This document shows, piece after piece, positions 54,240 to 64,000 of a DNA stretch of 64,000 bases. The notes below the pieces were generated by a model. It was not told where the DNA came from, ran no database searches, and saw only the letters and a program-made list of their open reading frames with translations. The DNA is taken from contig JAHDYR010000012.1 of the NCBI GenBank assembly GCA_019828565.1, positions 682,001-746,000 of the forward strand, read 5' to 3'. The stretch comes from Carpediemonas membranifera BICM. Its lineage: Eukaryota > Protista > Fornicata. Both the position numbers and the translations under genes were made by a program. Position 1 is the stretch's first letter, and the number at the start of each line of letters is the position of its first letter.

Positions 54240-57200
54240 ATGGTAGAAAATTCGGAACATCCAGATCCGACGGCAACGAGGCTCAATAACCTAGAAGCCT
54301 CAATCGCTACCATCTCGCAACAGCTTGCAAAGCTTAATCCGCCTCCTCCGCCGCCCGAGACCGAGCCGCCGAAGGAATCTCAAATTGATTTCTTCCCTGA
54401 ACAAGATGAAGCGGATATTGACCAAACACTGGCAGAGATGGATGCATACGGCGAGCTTCCGACAAAGAGACCACTTAAGGCGGAAGCAAAGTGGCTTCGC
54501 CGCGTGATGGTGATCGTCAACGCCCTCGACGACGAGCCGCTCAAAGCAAGACTCCTGGTGGAACTCCAAGCACGCCGTACCCTTCTGGACCTCAAGGACG
54601 ACAACTGGTCGGACGCAACCTGCGAACTGTTTCTCGACTTGTGTGCCATTGTTGGCTTGCGCAGGTAGATCTGTTTACATAAACTGCACTGGCTCTCACT
54701 TCCCTCCTCAAGGCGAAGCTAGCCAGCTAACGGCGGCCATTGCCCCGGAACTTCCGCTTGTAACGTGCGAAGAGGGGCGTGAGACCTGGGTTGAGGCGTA
54801 GGTAGTCATCCAGGGCGGCGAGGCGGTCGTAATATGCGTTATACGGAATGTACGAGTCCTCGGAGTCTTCTAGGCCTTCCCAGTGGACGAGGAGCTCGAG
54901 GCGTCGGTTGCGCTCGCGGTGGCCGACGATGGCGGAGACTTGTTGTTCGTCTTGTTCGTATGCGGCGATGCGCTCGAGTGTCTTGAGGTCTGCTGTGCCT
55001 GGGTCGAAGCGAATGAGGCGGTCCTGGTGGACGAGCAGCTCGGACTTGGTGACGAGGTCACGGAGGACGAATGTGTTGGGGCTCTTCCCTTCCCTGAGGA
55101 GTTGTAGCGGGCCGCGGACTGGAGGCAGAATCTTGGATGGGGCCTTGTGAGGATATCTCAGGAGCACTAGGCGTTCGAGTTTCCAGTCGAAGTTGTCCGC
55201 CGGTTGGGTTTGTGCGGCCTTGTGACGCTCGTATGCGGCGATCTTCGCGCGGGCTGCGTCGTGCATGGCCTGTATGTCGGTGTGGAATGCGTTAATGGCC
55301 TGGATGGTAGGTGTGTCTTGCGTCGCCTTGGCGGCGCTGATGATGCGTGACTCCGGGAGGGCCGTGAGCGCGGACGTGTGTCCGAAAAGCAGCTCGAACG
55401 GCGTGAAGCCGGTAGTCGAGTGTGTCGAAGTGTTGATAATGTGTTGCACGATTGGGATAAGTGCGGGCCAGTCGGTCGTTTCTGAGTCTAGTAGCAGGGC
55501 GCGCAGTCTGCGCATGATGGTCCCATTGACTCTCTCGACAACGCCGTTACTCTGTGGGTGGTACGCCGTGGAGAACCTGTGGTTCAGGCTGATCTTCTTG
55601 TTGAGAGCGGCGATGGTTGAGTTCTTGAACTGACTTCCCTGGTCTGTCTGGATCAGGCTGGGTGCGCCGAAGAGCGACCACACCTGGAGCATCGCGTCGG
55701 CGGCTTCTTCTGCCGAGGTTGACGCAACCGGCTTGAGCACAGTGAACTTGCTGAAGACGTCGATGAACACGATCACGTGAGCGAGGCCATTCGTCTTTGG
55801 AAGCGGGCCGAGCGTGTCTATCTGCACCGCCTCGAATGGGCGGGTCTTCTGGGTCGTATGCCACTGGGCCTTGGCGATGGGGTGGGATTTGAGCTTCTGG
55901 CAGACTGGGCAAGTCGCGACGTGCTCCGCGACGTCTGAGTTCATGGAAGACCAGGTCTTGCCGGCTTCCTTGAGATGGGCGATCGTTTGTTTGATCGAAG
56001 CATGGCCGTTGGCTCCAGCGTGGGCCTGCTGAATGTCGAAGCGGTGGGTGCTGCTGGCGATTTCGCTGATCGCCGCGCCGCTGGGGCGGGAGAGGGCGTC
56101 CGCGACGACGTTATTTGTCCCTGCGATATGCATGATGTCGAAGGGGTACTCGGATAGGATGAGTCTCCATCGCGTGAGCTTGCGCGTCCCTTCCTCAGCC
56201 TTGCGAATCATCCACACGATGTTCTTGTGATCTGTGAGTACGGTGAATGGCTTCAGCTTGAGAATCTGGCTAAACTCTGGCCGGGTGATGCAGTATATGA
56301 CTGCGTAGAGCTCTTGCTCGACCGTCGCCCAGCGGCGTTGGGTCTCTGTGAACGTCTTTGAGAAGTACGCGAGGGGTTTCTTCGTGTCGCCCTCGTGTTG
56401 CCACAGCACTCCGCCGGCTGCGATTGTGGACGCGTCTGTCTCAAGTGTCCACTTGCAGGTCAGGTTGGGTAGTGCCAATGCCTTGTTGTCGGTGCACAGC
56501 TCCTTCCAGAGCCGCGAATGCCTTGTCGTGTTCCTCAGTCCAAGGGAGCTTGTCTAGCTTCTTGGGTGACCCCTTGAGGAGGGCGTTGAGGGGGGGCTGT
56601 GGCTGAGCTGAGTTGCGGGAGGTAGTTTGCGAGGTGGTTAAACTTGCCCATCGTGCGTCTGAGCTCTGTGACGGTGGTGGGGGCGGGCAGCTCCTTCAGC
56701 GCGGCGACGCGGCCTGGGCTCACCGAGCGGCCGGAGCTGTTGATGATGAATCCGCAGACCTCCACTTCGGCGGCGCCGATGGTACATTTGTCCGCACGGA
56801 GGCGCAGGCGGTTGTCCTTGGCTCTCTGGAGGGTGAGTCTCAGGGTGTTGAGGAATCCTTCTTCGGTCCGTGCGTAGAGGAATATGTCATCCACGTAGAC
56901 CCGGTGGCCGGGGATGCCATCTAGCACGGCCTCCATCGCTCGTTGAAACTTGGAGGGGGCGTTCTTAAGTCCAAACGGGACCCTGAGGAACTCGAATTGG
57001 TGCCCGGGGACTACGAACGAGGTAAGGTGGATGCTGGCCGGCTCCATCAGCTGCTGCCAGTATCCGGACCGGAGATCGAGTGATGCAAAGTAAGAGCATC
57101 CGCCGGCTTCGTGGGGCAGGTCCCTCAGATCGGGGAGGGGAAAGGCGTCGTCCTTCGTGGCGTCGTTAAGATCGTTGAATGCGACGCAGAAGCGGGGTTC

Positions 57201-60069
57201 GCCGTTCTTCTTGGTTGCCATCGTGTGGCGGCTGGCGTGCTCGGACTGGCTGTCTCGTATGATGCCGAGCTTCTTCATCTTCTCGATCTCGGAGAGGGCG
57301 GCTGAGCCAGCCTCTCCGACAAGCTGTCGAGGACGGCACTTGAGGTGAAAATCGCGTGTGAGTTCGATCTTGTGAGGCTGTAGTTTGCTGCCTTCGGGCG
57401 GGAGAGCCGGGTCGAACACCTCATCGAACTCCTCGACGATGCTTCGGACCTTGTTGGCGAACTCGGTGCCGTGGTCGTCCGGGATCGTGACGGCGAGCGA
57501 ATGCTTCGAGTCCGAGGTTGACGCCGCTTCGAAGACGTCGGCGTCGATCATGTTGTGCTCTTCTAGATCGTCCTTATCATCCGGCTTCTCGGACGGGAGT
57601 ATCAGTAGGCGGTCGTTGAGGACGTAGCCGATGTGCCTGAGGAGGTCCTTGCCGATCAGCATCCTGTCGCTGGTGCCTGTGATCATGTGGACGTCCCAGT
57701 CGAGCGTGACGGTTTTGCCATCCATGCCAGGGAGTGTGATGGACATGGTGGCGATCTTGCCCGCGGAGATAACGCGGTCGTCCGCGGCGAACAGGCGGAG
57801 GTCCGACTCGCGCCATTGGATGTTTCCTGGTATCTTTGGGGCGAGGTGCTCGGATATGACGCAGACATCTGCGCCAGTGTCGAGCTTGGCTGGAAGTTGG
57901 ACGGTTCCGGCGACCGTTACGGTTGTCTGTATGGGAATGGAGGTCGTTTGGACCTCGCCGACGGCGCCATCGCGTTGGTTCGCTCCGCAGTCCTTGGTTG
58001 TATGCTTTGAGTTCCAGCCATGCCTGTCACACCAGCGATTGAAAGACTTCGGGATGTAGAAATGCTCCTTGTCCTTAAACTGCTTGAACGGGTCCTGGCC
58101 TTCGACCTTGTGGGCCTTCGGCTTCAGCGGCTGGCCCTCGCGAGCAGAGGTGTCCTTGTTCGAGCACTGACTGTTATCATGCGGTGCCTTGTTGTCGGCC
58201 GGGATCGGCTTCGTCTTGGTCGACACGGCATAGGCCTGCCAGGGGACGACGATCTGGCCGAGATGGTCGGTCTCGAGGGTCGAGAGGGCGTCTATGCAGT
58301 CGCGGGCGGGACGCCAGTTGCCGTCCGAATCCCGCTCGATCAGCGCCTCGTATAGCGGGATCGCGTCGTCGTCGTATCCCTTGAGGGCGACAGACCGGAC
58401 CGCAGCGCGGAGGGCGCTGTCGGGGATCTTATGGTAGCCATCGGCCTCGACGACGGGGTTGTACCCGTCGCACGCCTTCTGCAGGCGCAGAGTGTTAAGG
58501 CGGTGGGCCGCGTTCTGGCCGTACAGTTGGGTGCCCTTGCTTGTGATGGCCTTGAGGCGTGCACCGCGGTCGAGTGTTGGCATCAGGGTAAGGTACAGGT
58601 GAGGCAGGATGGTCCTGGCCTCGGCGCGAAGCTGGTCACGCACGGACACGGGGGCGGAGGGGGCGGCCGTTGCCGCTGACGGGAGAGAGTTGACGATTCT
58701 CGCGACATCCGCGGCCGATCGGGCCGGTTTGTCGTCCAGGGGGTTCGTTAGCGTCGCGAAGGTGAGGGTCGCATCCGGGTCCGCCTCGTGGCGGTCGTGG
58801 CTGGCCGTGCAGAGGCTGGCGAGCTTATCGTTCAGCTCGGCCTCGGCGCGGTCGTAAACAGCCTGCATCCGGCGCATCGCCGGGTCGAGAAGCGGGCTGT
58901 CCTTATAGGTGTTGGCGGCTGCAGCACAGAGCAAGAAGAGATCGTCCTGCAGAGCGTCGATGATCGCGCGGTATCTTGCGCGGCACGACGTGGCGTGTCT
59001 GTCAGGTTCTTGCTTGGCGTGTTGTGCCTGCGAGACCACGTCAGGGATAAGGGAGTCCCAGAACGACTCGAAGGTCGGGAACGTGGAGGTGGGCCGCCAT
59101 GTGGCTTGTAGAAGCTCGAGGGTCTTTGCCGTGAATGCGTGGGGGAAAGAACGGGGTCTTTTGACGTTACCGACTTCCCGTAACCAGATCTCGTACCCCG
59201 TTGTGAGGGAAGAGACGTCTATCACGGATAGACCACTGTGTGATTCTGTAGAAGCAGAATATCGATATTGTGCCATTGTTGGCTTGCGCAGGTAGATCTG
59301 TTTACATAAACTGCACTGGCTCTCACTTGTTCAACACGTCCCAGACCAAAACCCCCCGTGCCATCTCCTACTGCGCAGCCAAAGCCAGAGCCAAGGGTAA
59401 GAGAAAGGACCAGCCCCAGAACAAAGGGGGGTTTCACAAGAAGCACAAGAAGTAGCCCTTGCCACAGATGTTCAGTTCCCGTCAATGAACAAAAAGTGGC
59501 CGGTGTGGGCAAGACTCGGTGCCTCCCCCGAGGTAGTAAGCTGGCTGCGGGATGGCGTCCCTATCCACCTCACCTCTGCGCCCCCTCCACCAGAACCGCA
59601 AAGGCGAGTGGACCCCCGCCTACTCCCGAAGATCGAAGAGCTAGTCGCCAAGGGCGTCCTCTCCCCGTGCCCGATAGACGAACTGCGTCACAGCGCACCC
59701 CTGTTCGCGGTGTCGAAGGGCAAAGACGATGTCCGCCCCGTGCACGACCTCCGAGCCCTGAACGAGTTGACAGCAGAGCTGAGGGTGTTTCGTCTGTTCG
59801 GCATCAGACGGGCGGTCCGCAATCTGCACAAGAACGACTACATGATCAAGATAGACCTAGCATCGGGATACCACCAACTTGGCGTCGCCTCGCGAGACTC
59901 CCCCCTCCTAGGCGTGGTCCTACCGGACGGCCGCGCATTCAGGTACAACACACTCGGCTTCGGATGGACAGCGGCGCCGTACGTGTTCCAGAGCACGACC
60001 ATACAGCTTGCAAAGATCATCGCACACAGGTTCGGGGTGACCATCGCGGTCTATCTCGACGACTTCTTG
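54240..60069 (+). mobile_element. DIRS-type element D2, 5' part: ORF1 join(54240-54641,59330-59455) and RT 59485-60069; interrupted by G5 and LINE copy 2; 5' terminus not resolved
   Basis: ORF1 reads through the G5 site (…LFLDL|FNTSQ…). RT motifs W..LGAS.EVV.WL..G, HDLR.LN, IDLASGYHQ, LGFGW..AP, YLDDF. An overlapping open frame starts at 59358, as in D1. Confidence 0.85.
54642..59325 (-). mobile_element. Gypsy chromodomain element G5 with identical 57-bp LTRs (54642-54698, 59269-59325) and TSD CTTG; relative of G4
   Basis: ORFs 56535-59276 and 54727-56478 (frameshifts near 56.5-56.6 kb); CDRHGWNSKHTTKDC; LDTGAD; YVDD; RNase H; integrase; chromodomain; PPT adjacent to 54699. Confidence 0.96.
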
Positions 60070-63000
60070 AGTTTGAGTTTTTGAGTTTATTTTTTGATAC
60101 AGTGCCGGGGTGTCCACCTCCAGGCACTGGCCACAACCCGAGCCAGACGAGCGGTGATCAGCCGCAGGAGGGCAACGGTTCTCATAACATTGGAAGCCAG
60201 AGCTGCGGCGCCCAAGAGTACTGTTCTGAAGCTGCAGGGAGAGGAGGGCCTAAAACCCCTTCGAAGAAGGGTAAAAAGATGACCCACGCGGGTCGGCCAG
60301 CTCACAACTTCCAGCTCTTGGCGCTGCGGGACTCTGTGCTCCGAGCCCGATGGGGCTCCCTCAGGACGATGATCGAGGAGGTCCTGAGACCGGGGAGGAC
60401 GGTGGCGTTTTCCTATGTAAGCGAGGGAACCTACCAGTCACGCGTCACAAAGTACACTCAACATATGTGTGAGCTTGGCGTCGTCACGCCTGCTCAGGGT
60501 CAGGGGGTCCTTGAAAAGGAGGATGGGGTTAATCTTGAAGTGGTCGCACTTAGCCAAGTGGGTCTGGTTCAGGACAACCCACGTCCTGGATCTCAGCACT
60601 GCTAAGGTCTTGGTAGGGGACGTCAGGATCTCAATCACAGCCGCGGCGATGGCCTCACCCTGACAGAGAGGACATGCCTCAAGAGCTGCGGCGGCTTCCG
60701 GTTCATCCTTCAGGTCCTGTAGGATTCCCCTGACCGGCTGCCACGCGTCAGGAAGAGCCCCTCTCGTTGGCATTGGTAGACACGATAGCCGTAGCATCGC
60801 GAGGCGCTTCGCTGGCCCAGCCGTTAGATGGTCGAGGTATGGCTGCCTGGCCGGGTAGTTAGAGCGGGTAAAAGGGCGGGTGAGTGCCGACTCCGTGACG
60901 TATCTCCTGACAGCCACTTTGTTACCACGGCAGATTATGTCGTGAGAGAGCTGGGCTGCTCGACAGGCTGCTAGGTCAAGGCTGTCGGAGTGGGACAGGC
61001 CAAGGCTGCCTTGTGCCTCAGCAATGCAGTCTGGGAGATCCTTGCCCGGATGGATTCTCGCCCATCTCACCCCCTTGCTTGAATCTGTCCAGCAGGAGCA
61101 TTGCCTCTGGATGCAGCCAGCCTAGCTCCAGGTACTTCGCCTCCGATGCAGTTGGGCTGATCCTTAGGGCTGCCGATGCAAGCTTGCCTACCTGGGAGAC
61201 AGCCTTATGATTAGCCCAGACGCTCCACCCGTACAGCAGCTTGGGGAGGGTGTAGACCTCTACAATGCGAGGACAGAACTTGGAGTGCATCACGCCGCTA
61301 GCTCTCAGTAGTCGTAGCTCTCTGTCTATCCTTTCGCCCATAGTCCTATTCTGGGTGGAGAAGTCTCGGGACGTATCGAAGAGGACCCCTAGGAGCTTGA
61401 CCGCGTCTCTCTTAATGACTGGATTGCCATGGATGGTGAGGGAGGGGGTGTCGTCCTCTGAGACATAGGTGGTCTTATCGTTGGGCTCCAAGGATAGCGC
61501 TAGCATGCATGTCCATGCCGCCGTAAGTGCTGCCTCCAACCACTTAAGGGAGGGAGCTACTATTGTAATGTCATCAACGAACAGGACTGTGACAATCCAG
61601 GGAACGCACGGCCTTGCTGCCACTCGTCTCAGGGTCTCTATGTCGGGAGGAAGCTTCTCAATTGCTTCCTTCCCTAGAGCGGTTAAGCTTGCAATGATGT
61701 GAGGGACTTCCGCAAGGTATCTTGTGAAGATGAAGGGAGCAGTGGTGCATCCTTGCCGTACTCCTGTGTTGGTAGCGGCGCTAGTGCTGCTACCTCGCAT
61801 AGAGATCCTTGTGTGCAAATGCATCTCCTTCAACATCTCAATGGCCCTTCTGTTCCCCCCTCAACGAGTCCAATGCATCTCTCCTCGGGACACGGTCAAA
61901 GGCCTTAGCCACGTCCAGAGTCCCAATGTGGGTCGCTTTGAACCCACGTCTCGCGTGCTCAATAGCCCATAGTGCATCAACCGATGAAACACCCGGCCTT
62001 GCACCGTATTGTTCAGGGGGAAGAGGGTTGTCTCGGTCAATCGTGCGGATCATCATTGTGCCGAGCACCTTGTGGGCTGTGGAAAGTAGGGAGATAGGTC
62101 TGAACGCCACAGGAGCATCGCTAGTAGAGCCGGGCTTTTTCAATGGAATTACCACGGCGGTATGCCACTCTGCTGGGGTCTTGAGTTGGTCAATGCACTT
62201 CTGTAGCAGAGTCTTGAGCGCCTCCTTGAGGACTGGGCTATATTTGAAAATTGCCGGGGTTAGTCCATCACTGCCTGGGGCTGATCTATTCTTGGCAGAT
62301 TTGAGAGCCCCTTCCAGGAGAGTGTCCGTGATTTCGAGCTCTATATCGGGGCGAGAGATGGATGGTTCTACTGCTCCTGCCACATATGATACTGACGCAT
62401 ACCACTCCTCGAAGGCCTTGGCTACTTCTTCTCGGTTGGTGATCACTCTGCCTCCTACTGTGGTGGTAGCAGGAAGGCCGGGTCCTCTGAGTAAGCCTTC
62501 CAGGTCTCTGCGAAGACCAGACACTCTGGCCTGCCCCTTCAAAAAGCTTCCAATGGACGTATCTAAAGAATTCAGGGGACATGACATCCATGCTCTCAGA
62601 GACTCGCTTGGCTCGGGCATGGTAGGCTTTGAGTGTTGAGTGGGCGTGGCTCTCCGAGGATGCTAACGCTACTGATAGCATTGCTGATGATAGCTCAGAG
62701 CACACGAGAGCTTTGGGGCCTCTGCTCGTCCTCTCCTTGAGCTGATGTTGGTGGCGATGATCCTCAATGATGAGCTCATAGAGCCGTTCAGGGGAAATAC
62801 CGATCTGCTCTCCGGCGACAAACCAGTGGTCGTAGTCTTCTGCTCTCTCGACTTCTCTCACTTCATGTGAGGCCGCAGTGTCCACCAACGCCCATCGGTT
62901 GATAGTCGACGTCAGGCTTTGAAAGGCTTGGTCGACATCAAGGTGGCTGATGTTCCTCAGGAGAGTCCTCGCCTTTCGATGATCCTTGCTGCATTCAAGT

Positions 63001-64000
63001 ACGTTAGCCACATGTCTTTCGTTGAGGACTGCTGTTGCCTTGCTCCTCGTGCGAAAGTAACCCGTTATGCCTGATCTTGCTACAACCGCTCTGTGTCCTT
63101 TGGGTTCAAGGGATACTGTGAGCGGCTTCTCGATGAGATCAGCCAGCTTAGGTGTTGCTGCGATGCCATCAATTACTCTGTCCATGAAGGTCGGGCCGTC
63201 GGGCACTACCAGTCTCAAGCCACACTCCTTTAGGGTGGTAGCCCACAGCGTCGATGGATCTAGTAGGTTCGTGTTGAAGTCTCCCATGACAAGAACTTGG
63301 AGCCCTTGCTCAATAGCTTTCTTCACCTCGGAGGACAGTAGAGTGTGGAACTCTTTCTTGGCTTGTGCTCCCGTGCATGGACTATAGATGGACATGACAC
63401 GGACCTTCAGTTTGCCAGCTGTTACAAACACGCAGCCTAGGTCAGCTTGAATCAACCTTGGAGAGTGGGGTTGGTTCTCGACGTATGTGCAGAGCTCAGC
63501 TAATTCCTTCCTCAGCATGATGCCTACGCCTAGATGCTTTGTCTCGGACTCTGACTTGATCACTCCGTGGTATAGCAGGACCTTGTCATTCGTTGTGGGC
63601 AGCTCCGGGGACTGGGCCCACCACCATAGCTCCTGAATGGACATGATGTCCACGTCTTGTACTAGAGCAAGAGTCATCTTGGTGATGTTGAGTGATGTGC
63701 AATTCCACGAGTAGAGGTGACCATTTACTGGTCGTCTACCTGCTTGACTTCGCCCTCTCTGATTCCTGAAGGTCGCAGGCGAGACTCGCGTGGCTAAGCT
63801 TGGAGCTGGCGTGGAAGAAGCCGGTGGCTCAACCTCACTCCAGTTACCGTCGTGAGCTCGGGCACTCTGGAGAGCTTTGAACACCGGAGAAAGGTCCCAC
63901 GCTTCGCTGACCCATGCTGTTTCTGCCTTCTGTATGAGGGCATCCATGTCTCCTCGAGTCATGGGCCCTCTCAGTCTGACTTTGCGGAGCCCTCGCACTG
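60067..64000 (-). mobile_element. Non-LTR LINE copy 2: 3' portion (APE endonuclease, RT, C-terminal CxxC, 3' tail); continues beyond the window end
   Basis: APE motifs SWN, IQE, IYSP, GDFN, PTF, ID, H. RT motifs APGSDG, FRPISLL, QYG.RPG, LDVAKAFD, GVRQG, FVDD, KLLG. Frameshifts at ~62640, ~61855 and ~61070. A-rich tail at 60067-60095. Confidence 0.93.

Overview
Eukaryotic genomic DNA from a compact, GC-rich, intron-poor protist. The gene style suggests a free-living metamonad such as Carpediemonas, but this is inference only. The window has three zones. (1) 1-25542 is a nest of retroelements: a non-LTR (LINE) element inserted in a Gypsy element, which itself sits in a DIRS-type RT fragment, followed by a complete split-direct-repeat tyrosine-recombinase (DIRS/Ngaro-like) retrotransposon. 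That DIRS element carries three more Gypsy insertions, one nested inside another. (2) About 26.4-53.7 kb is a TE-free, gene-dense block: TmcB-like membrane protein, CoA-binding protein, Bfr1-like gene with a 35-nt intron, UAA transporter, RPL3, a Ser-Pro repeat protein, MFS transporter, Dbp9/DDX56 helicase and others. (3) About 54.2-64 kb is a second DIRS element interrupted by a fifth Gypsy and a second copy of the same LINE. The first main observation is that merging the two LINE copies gives a probable single ~2,270-aa ORF fusing an OTU protease, a 17-aa repeat linker and a Zn-binding DEDDh nuclease of the Maelstrom/arenavirus-NP type to APE endonuclease and RT, suggesting a retrotransposon carrying its own counter-silencing enzymes. 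The second is that all five Gypsy elements have tiny LTRs (57-129 bp) and, instead of a tRNA primer-binding site, a perfect 10-14 bp palindrome starting at the LTR end, whose sequence varies while its symmetry is kept; the four complete elements also have 4-bp TSDs. A possible Fanzor/TnpB remnant lies at about 40.1-40.4 kb. All family assignments come from motif recognition by eye, without database searches.
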